From a virus (Duplodnaviria; Heunggongvirae; Uroviricota; Caudoviricetes): a stretch of DNA of 64,000 nt. Shown here in pieces: positions 10,944 to 24,199 of this stretch. Below the pieces are notes generated by a model. That model was not told where the DNA came from. It was given only the letters and a program-made list of their open reading frames with translations, and made no database searches. A program made the position numbers and the translations under genes. The stretch's first letter is position 1. Each line of letters opens with the position of its first letter. The DNA lies in the IMG/VR virus record IMGVR_UViG_2687453424_000001; one strand, written 5' to 3'.

Positions 10944-13900
10944 NNNNNNNNNNNNNNNNNNNNNNNNNNNNNNNNNNNNNNNNNNNNNNNNNNNNNNNNN
11001 NNNNNNNNNNNNNNNNNNNNNNNNNNNNNNNNNNNNNNNNNNNNNNNNNNNNNNNNNNNNNNNNNNNNNNNNNNNNNNNNNNNNNNNNNNNNNNNNNNNN
11101 NNNNNNNNNNNNNNNNNNNNNNNNNNNNNNNNNNNNNNNNNNNNNNNNNNNNNNNNNNNNNNNNNNNNNNNNNNNNNNNNNNNNNNNNNNNNNNNNNNNN
11201 NNNNNNNNNNNNNNNNNNNNNNNNNNNNNNNNNNNNNNNNNNNNNNNNNNNNNNNNNNNNNNNNNNNNNNNNNNNNNNNNNNNNNNNNNNNNNNNNNNNN
11301 NNNNNNNNNNNNNNNNNNNNNNNNNNNNNNNNNNNNNNNNNNNNNNNNNNNNNNNNNNNNNNNNNNNNNNNNNNNNNNNNNNNNNNNNNNNNNNNNNNNN
11401 NNNNNNNNNNNNNNNNNNNNNNNNNNNNNNNNNNNNNNNNNNNNNNNNNNNNNNNNNNNNNNNNNNNNNNNNNNNNNNNNNNNNNNNNNNNNNNNNNNNN
11501 NNNNNNNNNNNNNNNNNNNNNNNNNNNNNNNNNNNNNNNNNNNNNNNNNNNNNNNNNNNNNNNNNNNNNNNNNNNNNNNNNNNNNNNNNNNNNNNNNNNN
11601 NNNNNNNNNNNNNNNNNNNNNNNNNNNNNNNNNNNNNNNNNNNNNNNNNNNNNNNNNNNNNNNNNNNNNNNNNNNNNNNNNNNNNNNNNNNNNNNNNNNN
11701 NNNNNNNNNNNNNNNNNNNNNNNNNNNNNNNNNNNNNNNNNNNNNNNNNNNNNNNNNNNNNNNNNNNNNNNNNNNNNNNNNNNNNNNNNNNNNNNNNNNN
11801 NNNNNNNNNNNNNNNNNNNNNNNNNNNNNNNNNNNNNNNNNNNNNNNNNNNNNNNNNNNNNNNNNNNNNNNNNNNNNNNNNNNNNNNNNNNNNNNNNNNN
11901 NNNNNNNNNNNNNNNNNNNNNNNNNNNNNNNNNNNNNNNNNNNNNNNNNNNNNNNNNNNNNNNNNNNNNNNNNNNNNNNNNNNNNNNNNNNNNNNNNNNN
12001 NNNNNNNNNNNNNNNNNNNNNNNNNNNNNNNNNNNNNNNNNNNNNNNNNNNNNNNNNNNNNNNNNNNNNNNNNNNNNNNNNNNNNNNNNNNNNNNNNNNN
12101 NNNNNNNNNNNNNNNNNNNNNNNNNNNNNNNNNNNNNNNNNNNNNNNNNNNNNNNNNNNNNNNNNNNNNNNNNNNNNNNNNNNNNNNNNNNNNNNNNNNN
12201 NNNNNNNNNNNNNNNNNNNNNNNNNNNNNNNNNNNNNNNNNNNNNNNNNNNNNNNNNNNNNNNNNNNNNNNNNNNNNNNNNNNNNNNNNNNNNNNNNNNN
12301 NNNNNNNNNNNNNNNNNNNNNNNNNNNNNNNNNNNNNNNNNNNNNNNNNNNNNNNNNNNNNNNNNNNNNNNNNNNNNNNNNNNNNNNNNNNNNNNNNNNN
12401 NNNNNNNNNNNNNNNNNNNNNNNNNNNNNNNNNNNNNNNNNNNNNNNNNNNNNNNNNNNNNNNNNNNNNNNNNNNNNNNNNNNNNNNNNNNNNNNNNNNN
12501 NNNNNNNNNNNNNNNNNNNNNNNNNNNNNNNNNNNNNNNNNNNNNNNNNNNNNNNNNNNNNNNNNNNNNNNNNNNNNNNNNNNNNNNNNNNNNNNNNNNN
12601 NNNNNNNNNNNNNNNNNNNNNNNNNNNNNNNNNNNNNNNNNNNNNNNNNNNNNNNNNNNNNNNNNNNNNNNNNNNNNNNNNNNNNNNNNNNNNNNNNNNN
12701 NNNNNNNNNNNNNNNNNNNNNNNNNNNNNNNNNNNNNNNNNNNNNNNNNNNNNNNNNNNNNNNNNNNNNNNNNNNNNNNNNNNNNNNNNNNNNNNNNNNN
12801 NNNNNNNNNNNNNNNNNNNNNNNNNNNNNNNNNNNNNNNNNNNNNNNNNNNNNNNNNNNNNNNNNNNNNNNNNNNNNNNNNNNNNNNNNNNNNNNNNNNN
12901 NNNNNNNNNNNNNNNNNNNNNNNNNNNNNNNNNNNNNNNNNNNNNNNNNNNNNNNNNNNNNNNNNNNNNNNNNNNNNNNNNNNNNNNNNNNNNNNNNNNN
13001 NNNNNNNNNNNNNNNNNNNNNNNNNNNNNNNNNNNNNNNNNNNNNNNNNNNNNNNNNNNNNNNNNNNNNNNNNNNNNNNNNNNNNNNNNNNNNNNNNNNN
13101 NNNNNNNNNNNNNNNNNNNNNNNNNNNNNNNNNNNNNNNNNNNNNNNNNNNNNNNNNNNNNNNNNNNNNNNNNNNNNNNNNNNNNNNNNNNNNNNNNNNN
13201 NNNNNNNNNNNNNNNNNNNNNNNNNNNNNNNNNNNNNNNNNNNNNNNNNNNNNNNNNNNNNNNNNNNNNNNNNNNNNNNNNNNNNNNNNNNNNNNNNNNN
13301 NNNNNNNNNNNNNNNNNNNNNNNNNNNNNNNNNNNNNNNNNNNNNNNNNNNNNNNNNNNNNNNNNNNNNNNNNNNNNNNNNNNNNNNNNNNNNNNNNNNN
13401 NNNNNNNNNNNNNNNNNNNNNNNNNNNNNNNNNNNNNNNNNNNNNNNNNNNNNNNNNNNNNNNNNNNNNNNNNNNNNNNNNNNNNNNNNNNNNNNNNNNN
13501 NNNNNNNNNNNNNNNNNNNNNNNNNNNNNNNNNNNNNNNNNNNNNNNNNNNNNNNNNNNNNNNNNNNNNNNNNNNNNNNNNNNNNNNNNNNNNNNNNNNN
13601 NNNNNNNNNNNNNNNNNNNNNNNNNNNNNNNNNNNNNNNNNNNNNNNNNNNNNNNNNNNNNNNNNNNNNNNNNNNNNNNNNNNNNNNNNNNNNNNNNNNN
13701 NNNNNNNNNNNNNNNNNNNNNNNNNNNNNNNNNNNNNNNNNNNNNNNNNNNNNNNNNNNNNNNNNNNNNNNNNNNNNNNNNNNNNNNNNNNNNNNNNNNN
13801 NNNNNNNNNNNNNNNNNNNNNNNNNNNNNNNNNNNNNNNNNNNNNNNNNNNNNNNNNNNNNNNNNNNNNNNNNNNNNNNNNNNNNNNNNNNNNNNNNNNN

Positions 13901-14443
13901 NNNNNNNNNNNNNNNNNNNNNNNNNNNNNNNNNNNNNNNNNNNNNNNNNNNNNNNNNNNNNNNNNNNNNNNNNNNNNNNNNNNNNNNNNNNNNNNNNNNN
14001 NNNNNNNNNNNNNNNNNNNNNNNNNNNNNNNNNNNNNNNNNNNNNNNNNNNNNNNNNNNNNNNNNNNNNNNNNNNNNNNNNNNNNNNNNNNNNNNNNNNN
14101 NNNNNNNNNNNNNNNNNNNNNNNNNNNNNNNNNNNNNNNNNNNNNNNNNNNNNNNNNNNNNNNNNNNNNNNNNNNNNNNNNNNNNNNNNNNNNNNNNNNN
14201 NNNNNNNNNNNNNNNNNNNNNNNNNNNNNNNNNNNNNNNNNNNNNNNNNNNNNNNNNNNNNNNNNNNNNNNNNNNNNNNNNNNNNNNNNNNNNNNNNNNN
14301 NNNNNNNNNNNNNNNNNNNNNNNNNNNNNNNNNNNNNNNNNNNNNNNNNNNNNNNNNNNNNNNNNNNNNNNNNNNNNNNNNNNNNNNNNNNNNNNNNNNN
14401 NNNNNNNNNNNNNNNNNNNNNNNNNNNNNNNNNNNNNNNNNNN
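10944..14443. other. assembly gap (N run, 3500 bp)
   Basis: Uninterrupted N. Confidence 1.
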
Positions 14444-14819
14444 AATTTAGTCCCTCAACATCTCAATTTTATTTAATTTAGTCTCTATATTATATATTTT
14501 TATTCAATCTACTCCTCATAATGTGACACAAAAAATTTTTTTGAAAATTTTTTGATTTGCCACGTTAGCACGTTGATGTCACGTCATCAAGTCGATGCCA
14601 CGTGACATACCACGTCATCAAAATATGTCGCATCAATGCTGATGTCACTATTGACATCATCTTTTTAACTGCAAAATTGGATGTTGTTAGAGAGAAAGAC
14701 TAAATTGAAGCAATTATTAAAATTAAAGGACTAAAATGTTACAATTTTGAGTATAAAGATTAAATTAAACAAAATGTATGGTACAAAGACTTTTCAAGTA
14801 TTTTGACTAAAAAATTAAG
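14444..14819. repeat. right arm of gap-spanning inverted repeat (TIR-like)
   Basis: Inverted copy of 10528-10905 (see that entry). Contains the mirrored cluster of acgtg/cacgtg/tgacgtg motifs. Confidence 0.8.
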
Positions 14820-15654
14820 TTAAACTGAAATCTAGAGATATTTTTGACCATATTACGATAAAATAAAGTATATTAACAAAAGAAAAGTCAATAATGCATA
14901 ATGGTGTGATTATTTTGGACAATACCTATAATTTAGATTCAATAAAAGCAGCAATAAAGTATTTCACTTTCCATAAGAAGAGAAAATTAATTTTTTATAA
15001 GAATGTGATCGAACATGCTCGTATATATGTGTTATAAGTGCCATTCATTAGGAGTAAATTATACTGATAGACTTATATTATTTATAATTTAAAATTTTGG
15101 ATGAATTACATTTTCATATTGTATGATTTTTTAATATTTTTATCACTTATTCATATAATCATGAATCCTATTATACAAAAAAAAAATACTATTGTAAGTG
15201 TTTTCTTAATTAATTGGCATCGAACCAAGACTTGTTTAAACATTGTCGTAACGTGCGGGTCCGGGAACCCGACCGTCAGACGTGATGTGAAAAACTCTAA
15301 ATAAAACTAGGAGTCGCCACCAATCTTTTTACTAGGTGCGATTGGTCACTTATTGACTCGATTCTAATCGATGAAACTTTAAATTAATTTTAAGCCCACC
15401 GAAAAAAATCTTAAACTGGTCTACGATTTTCTAGATTTAGGCTCGGGAGTACGGTTACGCTCGGGGAATGACTAGCACCCCTGGACACCCTTTCCATGAA
15501 TGGTACTATTCTTAGATTATCCTATTAGGCTTTAATTTTTAAATTCGTTATATTTTCTTAGTTATTATTCACTTATTTTATTTCCTATTTAACCTAAAAT
15601 AGAATGCAAATGTGAGGCAAGATGAAATGTATGGTGTGAGATAAAAAATACCGA

Positions 15655-15985
15655 ACGAATAACCTTTTATCGAAGATATTTTCCTGAATCCGCCCATCAT
15701 ACTGGTGAGACTCGAGGTATTCTCTCACCTAGGGAATTATCCAAGAAATCCGCCTTCGCAAATTCAACGAATAATTCTCATCATCGGAGTTATCATACGT
15801 TTTTCTTTAAAAATAATGTTTTCGTGCACAATAGACCTAATATGAGTCAAAACCATTTATTAAAGATATTTTTCGAGTCCTCTCATCATACTGGTGGGAT
15901 CTTGGGACACATCTTCACTTAGGGAACTTTTCGAGGGATACCCGCCTTCGTAAGATCCTAGGAAGATCCCATCATCGGGGCTTAA
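15655..15985. repeat. two-copy tandem repeat (unit about 190 bp)
   Basis: Units at about 15661-15790 and 15850-15985 share ...atcgaagatattttc...catcatactggtg(a/g)ga...tagggaa...ccgccttcg...catcatcgg(a/g)g... An adjacent GC-rich island at 15230-15490 sits in an AT-rich context and may be a TE fragment. Confidence 0.6.
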
Positions 15986-16097
15986 ACTCAATATATTTAT
16001 ATGCAATGATATGCATGATGCAACGTATATATGTGCTATACTAATGCAATTATCTTATTTTTTTTATTTATTATTATTTAATTATTATTTTCTATTT

Positions 16098-17085
16098 TAT
16101 ATTACTATTTAAAGTAGGGACCGATAATCTGATCTAATTGATTAATTTGTTCGTACAATTATTCTCTTTTAAGAGTATGCATTGGAAATTAAAAATTCAT
16201 CAGACAATATAAATTTGACAATTTATTTTCGTTTTTAAGAATTTTTTGATAAATATCTCATCTTATACCGTATGTACCGAGCTCAAGACTCGAAATTCAA
16301 CTCATTGTATTCTTGCAATTGGATCTTGTAGCAAGCAAAGGAGTGGAACATTTTGCATTGCAAAGGGAAGTCCGACAGTAAAACAAAGCTCTTGGAGTAA
16401 AAGTCCAAAGAAGCTTGCAGACAAACAAAAAAGGAAACTCATGCAACGTACATGTACTACTATTTATAGTGTCATATATTCTTTTTTTTTTAAGAATATT
16501 TTACGATACAACAGTTAATTAAGAGAGACGAATTGTATCATTCACTTGAAAGATTTATTTGTTATTCTACAATGTTTTATTTTTCGGGTTTTTGTTATCT
16601 TTATGAATCTTAAGATTTAGACTCGATTTCTCTTGAAGATCATTATATGTTAATTGGTTTTTGAAGTAATAAACTCTATTAAATGTAAAGATGTAAACCT
16701 TTGACAAATGATAATCTAACTAATTAGGGAAAGAATAGGTATTAAAAGAAAAAGAAAAGCACAACACTGCACTGCACTGCTAATGTTTACTCTAGCTTCT
16801 ACATGTTAATCAATTACAAGAACAAGTCCAGACAAGACATATTTCTATATGTTACAAATTCAAAGCTCTCTCTTGTCAAAAGATAAGAGCATCGATTTTT
16901 TCTTTAATTTCTAATTAATATGAACATTAGTGAGTATTTTTGCTATTATTGTTTTACAATTTTTTCAACTCTCTTTTTTGACCTTTTAACATTCCTATAT
17001 CAATATGGTGGACTGAAAATTGGATGACCATGTGGTTGTATGATTGATTATTGTTTCGTTTACTTATAAATGTATGTGATGAAAA
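16098..17085. repeat. direct repeat copy A (about 1 kb), paired with 24200-25213
   Basis: Long collinear identity with copy B, about 93% by eye, running from attactatttaaagtag... to ...cgtttacttat(a/t)aatgt(a/g)t(g/a)tgatgaaa. Confidence 0.85.
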
Positions 17086-17733
17086 TAGGGTTCACGTGTA
17101 ATTCATTTTATTTCTAATTTTTAAGATTTTGCATTGATTTTGTGTCATGTCTTGAGTTTGATTTTGATTGCAATGTTGATTTTGATTGCAATGATCTCTA
17201 TGGTTTATATTGGGCTACACTTTGTATAGATATATGCGATCATATCATGAGTCTTATTCAAAAATAAAGTAGGAAAAGAATAAAAGGGTCTCATTCTTTC
17301 CTTGACTTCCTTGCATAGAACACTAAAATGATGCTAAAAACTGTCGATTTCCTTGTCCTTTTAACAAAATTATTTCAATGGGATTTCAATATCTCGAAAG
17401 CTGTGTGGCACATGAAGTTTCCTAATAGAAATTGGTGGGTTTTGATGCATCATTTTCGGAAGGTGAATGCTACGTCCTTTGTGCAAACTTTTTGACACTA
17501 CAAAAAAATTGAGTTTTAATCACACTTTTTTAGACGATATATTTTTTTGTATAATAAAATTTTAAAAAGTGTAGCTATTTAAACTTTTAACTTCACTTTT
17601 TTTACATTTAGTAGCAATATAAAAAAGTACAACCTTTGCTAATGTATGCAATTCCTATCGTTATATTTTATTCATAATGCATCTAAAAATTTATATAATG
17701 AGATTAGATATACAAAAATGTTCTAAAAAATAT

Positions 17734-20700
17734 NNNNNNNNNNNNNNNNNNNNNNNNNNNNNNNNNNNNNNNNNNNNNNNNNNNNNNNNNNNNNNNNNNN
17801 NNNNNNNNNNNNNNNNNNNNNNNNNNNNNNNNNNNNNNNNNNNNNNNNNNNNNNNNNNNNNNNNNNNNNNNNNNNNNNNNNNNNNNNNNNNNNNNNNNNN
17901 NNNNNNNNNNNNNNNNNNNNNNNNNNNNNNNNNNNNNNNNNNNNNNNNNNNNNNNNNNNNNNNNNNNNNNNNNNNNNNNNNNNNNNNNNNNNNNNNNNNN
18001 NNNNNNNNNNNNNNNNNNNNNNNNNNNNNNNNNNNNNNNNNNNNNNNNNNNNNNNNNNNNNNNNNNNNNNNNNNNNNNNNNNNNNNNNNNNNNNNNNNNN
18101 NNNNNNNNNNNNNNNNNNNNNNNNNNNNNNNNNNNNNNNNNNNNNNNNNNNNNNNNNNNNNNNNNNNNNNNNNNNNNNNNNNNNNNNNNNNNNNNNNNNN
18201 NNNNNNNNNNNNNNNNNNNNNNNNNNNNNNNNNNNNNNNNNNNNNNNNNNNNNNNNNNNNNNNNNNNNNNNNNNNNNNNNNNNNNNNNNNNNNNNNNNNN
18301 NNNNNNNNNNNNNNNNNNNNNNNNNNNNNNNNNNNNNNNNNNNNNNNNNNNNNNNNNNNNNNNNNNNNNNNNNNNNNNNNNNNNNNNNNNNNNNNNNNNN
18401 NNNNNNNNNNNNNNNNNNNNNNNNNNNNNNNNNNNNNNNNNNNNNNNNNNNNNNNNNNNNNNNNNNNNNNNNNNNNNNNNNNNNNNNNNNNNNNNNNNNN
18501 NNNNNNNNNNNNNNNNNNNNNNNNNNNNNNNNNNNNNNNNNNNNNNNNNNNNNNNNNNNNNNNNNNNNNNNNNNNNNNNNNNNNNNNNNNNNNNNNNNNN
18601 NNNNNNNNNNNNNNNNNNNNNNNNNNNNNNNNNNNNNNNNNNNNNNNNNNNNNNNNNNNNNNNNNNNNNNNNNNNNNNNNNNNNNNNNNNNNNNNNNNNN
18701 NNNNNNNNNNNNNNNNNNNNNNNNNNNNNNNNNNNNNNNNNNNNNNNNNNNNNNNNNNNNNNNNNNNNNNNNNNNNNNNNNNNNNNNNNNNNNNNNNNNN
18801 NNNNNNNNNNNNNNNNNNNNNNNNNNNNNNNNNNNNNNNNNNNNNNNNNNNNNNNNNNNNNNNNNNNNNNNNNNNNNNNNNNNNNNNNNNNNNNNNNNNN
18901 NNNNNNNNNNNNNNNNNNNNNNNNNNNNNNNNNNNNNNNNNNNNNNNNNNNNNNNNNNNNNNNNNNNNNNNNNNNNNNNNNNNNNNNNNNNNNNNNNNNN
19001 NNNNNNNNNNNNNNNNNNNNNNNNNNNNNNNNNNNNNNNNNNNNNNNNNNNNNNNNNNNNNNNNNNNNNNNNNNNNNNNNNNNNNNNNNNNNNNNNNNNN
19101 NNNNNNNNNNNNNNNNNNNNNNNNNNNNNNNNNNNNNNNNNNNNNNNNNNNNNNNNNNNNNNNNNNNNNNNNNNNNNNNNNNNNNNNNNNNNNNNNNNNN
19201 NNNNNNNNNNNNNNNNNNNNNNNNNNNNNNNNNNNNNNNNNNNNNNNNNNNNNNNNNNNNNNNNNNNNNNNNNNNNNNNNNNNNNNNNNNNNNNNNNNNN
19301 NNNNNNNNNNNNNNNNNNNNNNNNNNNNNNNNNNNNNNNNNNNNNNNNNNNNNNNNNNNNNNNNNNNNNNNNNNNNNNNNNNNNNNNNNNNNNNNNNNNN
19401 NNNNNNNNNNNNNNNNNNNNNNNNNNNNNNNNNNNNNNNNNNNNNNNNNNNNNNNNNNNNNNNNNNNNNNNNNNNNNNNNNNNNNNNNNNNNNNNNNNNN
19501 NNNNNNNNNNNNNNNNNNNNNNNNNNNNNNNNNNNNNNNNNNNNNNNNNNNNNNNNNNNNNNNNNNNNNNNNNNNNNNNNNNNNNNNNNNNNNNNNNNNN
19601 NNNNNNNNNNNNNNNNNNNNNNNNNNNNNNNNNNNNNNNNNNNNNNNNNNNNNNNNNNNNNNNNNNNNNNNNNNNNNNNNNNNNNNNNNNNNNNNNNNNN
19701 NNNNNNNNNNNNNNNNNNNNNNNNNNNNNNNNNNNNNNNNNNNNNNNNNNNNNNNNNNNNNNNNNNNNNNNNNNNNNNNNNNNNNNNNNNNNNNNNNNNN
19801 NNNNNNNNNNNNNNNNNNNNNNNNNNNNNNNNNNNNNNNNNNNNNNNNNNNNNNNNNNNNNNNNNNNNNNNNNNNNNNNNNNNNNNNNNNNNNNNNNNNN
19901 NNNNNNNNNNNNNNNNNNNNNNNNNNNNNNNNNNNNNNNNNNNNNNNNNNNNNNNNNNNNNNNNNNNNNNNNNNNNNNNNNNNNNNNNNNNNNNNNNNNN
20001 NNNNNNNNNNNNNNNNNNNNNNNNNNNNNNNNNNNNNNNNNNNNNNNNNNNNNNNNNNNNNNNNNNNNNNNNNNNNNNNNNNNNNNNNNNNNNNNNNNNN
20101 NNNNNNNNNNNNNNNNNNNNNNNNNNNNNNNNNNNNNNNNNNNNNNNNNNNNNNNNNNNNNNNNNNNNNNNNNNNNNNNNNNNNNNNNNNNNNNNNNNNN
20201 NNNNNNNNNNNNNNNNNNNNNNNNNNNNNNNNNNNNNNNNNNNNNNNNNNNNNNNNNNNNNNNNNNNNNNNNNNNNNNNNNNNNNNNNNNNNNNNNNNNN
20301 NNNNNNNNNNNNNNNNNNNNNNNNNNNNNNNNNNNNNNNNNNNNNNNNNNNNNNNNNNNNNNNNNNNNNNNNNNNNNNNNNNNNNNNNNNNNNNNNNNNN
20401 NNNNNNNNNNNNNNNNNNNNNNNNNNNNNNNNNNNNNNNNNNNNNNNNNNNNNNNNNNNNNNNNNNNNNNNNNNNNNNNNNNNNNNNNNNNNNNNNNNNN
20501 NNNNNNNNNNNNNNNNNNNNNNNNNNNNNNNNNNNNNNNNNNNNNNNNNNNNNNNNNNNNNNNNNNNNNNNNNNNNNNNNNNNNNNNNNNNNNNNNNNNN
20601 NNNNNNNNNNNNNNNNNNNNNNNNNNNNNNNNNNNNNNNNNNNNNNNNNNNNNNNNNNNNNNNNNNNNNNNNNNNNNNNNNNNNNNNNNNNNNNNNNNNN

Positions 20701-22537
20701 NNNNNNNNNNNNNNNNNNNNNNNNNNNNNNNNNNNNNNNNNNNNNNNNNNNNNNNNNNNNNNNNNNNNNNNNNNNNNNNNNNNNNNNNNNNNNNNNNNNN
20801 NNNNNNNNNNNNNNNNNNNNNNNNNNNNNNNNNNNNNNNNNNNNNNNNNNNNNNNNNNNNNNNNNNNNNNNNNNNNNNNNNNNNNNNNNNNNNNNNNNNN
20901 NNNNNNNNNNNNNNNNNNNNNNNNNNNNNNNNNNNNNNNNNNNNNNNNNNNNNNNNNNNNNNNNNNNNNNNNNNNNNNNNNNNNNNNNNNNNNNNNNNNN
21001 NNNNNNNNNNNNNNNNNNNNNNNNNNNNNNNNNNNNNNNNNNNNNNNNNNNNNNNNNNNNNNNNNNNNNNNNNNNNNNNNNNNNNNNNNNNNNNNNNNNN
21101 NNNNNNNNNNNNNNNNNNNNNNNNNNNNNNNNNNNNNNNNNNNNNNNNNNNNNNNNNNNNNNNNNNNNNNNNNNNNNNNNNNNNNNNNNNNNNNNNNNNN
21201 NNNNNNNNNNNNNNNNNNNNNNNNNNNNNNNNNNNNNNNNNNNNNNNNNNNNNNNNNNNNNNNNNNNNNNNNNNNNNNNNNNNNNNNNNNNNNNNNNNNN
21301 NNNNNNNNNNNNNNNNNNNNNNNNNNNNNNNNNNNNNNNNNNNNNNNNNNNNNNNNNNNNNNNNNNNNNNNNNNNNNNNNNNNNNNNNNNNNNNNNNNNN
21401 NNNNNNNNNNNNNNNNNNNNNNNNNNNNNNNNNNNNNNNNNNNNNNNNNNNNNNNNNNNNNNNNNNNNNNNNNNNNNNNNNNNNNNNNNNNNNNNNNNNN
21501 NNNNNNNNNNNNNNNNNNNNNNNNNNNNNNNNNNNNNNNNNNNNNNNNNNNNNNNNNNNNNNNNNNNNNNNNNNNNNNNNNNNNNNNNNNNNNNNNNNNN
21601 NNNNNNNNNNNNNNNNNNNNNNNNNNNNNNNNNNNNNNNNNNNNNNNNNNNNNNNNNNNNNNNNNNNNNNNNNNNNNNNNNNNNNNNNNNNNNNNNNNNN
21701 NNNNNNNNNNNNNNNNNNNNNNNNNNNNNNNNNNNNNNNNNNNNNNNNNNNNNNNNNNNNNNNNNNNNNNNNNNNNNNNNNNNNNNNNNNNNNNNNNNNN
21801 NNNNNNNNNNNNNNNNNNNNNNNNNNNNNNNNNNNNNNNNNNNNNNNNNNNNNNNNNNNNNNNNNNNNNNNNNNNNNNNNNNNNNNNNNNNNNNNNNNNN
21901 NNNNNNNNNNNNNNNNNNNNNNNNNNNNNNNNNNNNNNNNNNNNNNNNNNNNNNNNNNNNNNNNNNNNNNNNNNNNNNNNNNNNNNNNNNNNNNNNNNNN
22001 NNNNNNNNNNNNNNNNNNNNNNNNNNNNNNNNNNNNNNNNNNNNNNNNNNNNNNNNNNNNNNNNNNNNNNNNNNNNNNNNNNNNNNNNNNNNNNNNNNNN
22101 NNNNNNNNNNNNNNNNNNNNNNNNNNNNNNNNNNNNNNNNNNNNNNNNNNNNNNNNNNNNNNNNNNNNNNNNNNNNNNNNNNNNNNNNNNNNNNNNNNNN
22201 NNNNNNNNNNNNNNNNNNNNNNNNNNNNNNNNNNNNNNNNNNNNNNNNNNNNNNNNNNNNNNNNNNNNNNNNNNNNNNNNNNNNNNNNNNNNNNNNNNNN
22301 NNNNNNNNNNNNNNNNNNNNNNNNNNNNNNNNNNNNNNNNNNNNNNNNNNNNNNNNNNNNNNNNNNNNNNNNNNNNNNNNNNNNNNNNNNNNNNNNNNNN
22401 NNNNNNNNNNNNNNNNNNNNNNNNNNNNNNNNNNNNNNNNNNNNNNNNNNNNNNNNNNNNNNNNNNNNNNNNNNNNNNNNNNNNNNNNNNNNNNNNNNNN
22501 NNNNNNNNNNNNNNNNNNNNNNNNNNNNNNNNNNNNN
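17734..22537. other. assembly gap (N run, 4804 bp)
   Basis: Uninterrupted N. Confidence 1.
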
Positions 22538-23039
22538 GAGTTCTTTTTTTAAATGGATTCCATGCATAAGGTGTTTTTGACTATAAGCTTTTTTATAATT
22601 TGAACTGTTTTTTACCAAGAGAATTAAAATTTGGACAAAATTACCTTTAATGAAATCGACCCATTTATTTGGCTCCTCACCTTAACCCAAAACCTATTAA
22701 TGGGTCAAGTATGTTTAAGTTTGCGTCTCAAGCCGACTCATATTCTTTAAGCTTTTCTTGCCAAACTATTCATTTCTAGAGTATTCTTTACTAAAAAAAA
22801 AAGTTTAAGCATTTTGAGCATTTTACAGCAGTTTTTGATACACAAAGAAAATCTGTGAGTGTTTTGAGTATTTTTAAGCATTTTGGAGTAATTTTTAGTA
22901 TATGAAGAAAAACTTTTGAACATTTTGAGCATTATTTGTCAAGTAGGCATATTCGTTAATTATGTTATTAAATAGAATATGGTGTAACGTTTAAAGTTAT
23001 TGATCTTATTAAATGGAATGCAGTAGTTTTGATGATTTT

Positions 23040-23365
23040 TAGAATTACGTGATTAGTTTTTAGGTATTGCGTGACTAACTTTAGATATTGCATAACTGAC
23101 TTTGGGTATTGCGTGACTAGTTTTTGATATGACATTGCGTAATTAGTGTTTGACAAAGCATTACGAGACTAGTTGATAGACATTACGTGACTAGTTAATA
23201 AGGCGTTGCATGACTAGTTAGTAAGGCATTGTGTGACTAAGGCATTATTTAAAAATTAGTCACGTAATACCTAAAACTAATTACGTAATACCTAAAAATC
23301 AATCACGCAGTGATTAAATCACATAATGTCTAAAAATCGGTCTCGCAGTACTTAAAAATCAGTCT
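23040..23365. repeat. palindromic minisatellite array (about 22-bp unit, core attgcgtgactagtt)
   Basis: About nine forward units (attacgtgattagttttt, attgcgtgactaacttt, attgcgtgactagttttt, attacgtgactagttaat, ...) up to about 23245, then about four reverse-complement units (ttagtcacgtaatacctaaaa, taattacgtaatacctaaaa, ...) after a centre near 23250. Confidence 0.8.
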
Positions 23366-24199
23366 AATCAATTTCAACTCCTTAACTTTGGGCTTTTATG
23401 AATAAACTAATAAACTCAATAACCTAAAATACATATTTTTTTTTGCTAAGCCATGAAATTATGCATTTCATAAAAGATAAGTTACAAAACTCCATAATCC
23501 TCCAAAGCAAGACAAAATAAATCCCTATCATGAGGGCCTTGCTCACTCTCCTTATGCAAAAACAAAATATACTCATTTACAAAATATTTCTTGAACAATT
23601 TAAATTCAAAATTTTACAAAAAAAATCAAAATCCCTAGCAAGCATGCTTAACAATCATCTCAATATCAGACACAACAAAACTGTAAACCACCATAAAACC
23701 CATCAAACATACTTTAGCTATTTCTTTTCCCTGAGCCCATCACCTTAACCAATCTAATCCAACTCATCAACATAGGCATCTCCATTGCAGCACACGTTTC
23801 GAAGCAAGTCATCACCAGAAAGCATCCAATTACCAAATTCATTATGCTGCCTGCAATCACCATAGAAGAGCAAAATCGCTGTTCATCGTCATTGAAAACC
23901 CCAAGATTCATCATCTAAAAAAATAAAACAAAATAAGAAAGAGCTTGATGTCATCTTTGGATGGCGAGATAGACAGTATTTGACCAGAAAGAGAAATCAA
24001 AATTTAATTTTAAAATTTTTGTTTGCATGGCGGGATAGAGAAAACTGAAATCATTTTAACTTGTCTAAAATTGTTTAAAAAGTATTGTTGTCAACTCATG
24101 TCAAAAATTGATTAAAAATAATTAAAATTATAAAAAATAATATTTTTGAATTGAGCTTAAAAAGAAAGTTATTTTTCACAATTTTCTCTCTAAATATAA

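Larger units (their letters stand above)
10528..14819. mobile_element. candidate DNA transposon or foldback element with long terminal inverted repeats; interior unresolved
   Basis: Roughly 380-bp inverted arms directly abut both sides of a 3.5-kb gap. Long TIRs of this size occur in MULE-type and foldback elements. No transposase sequence is visible because the interior is N. Confidence 0.4.

Noticed and set aside
15230-15490. Possible tRNA or small structured RNA in the GC-rich island (ggtccgggaacccgacc...ggctcgggagtacggttacgctcgggg).
   Set aside because: I could not fold a cloverleaf or find tRNA A/B-box-like motifs by eye; it is more likely a TE-derived fragment. It would need tRNAscan-SE or Infernal to decide.
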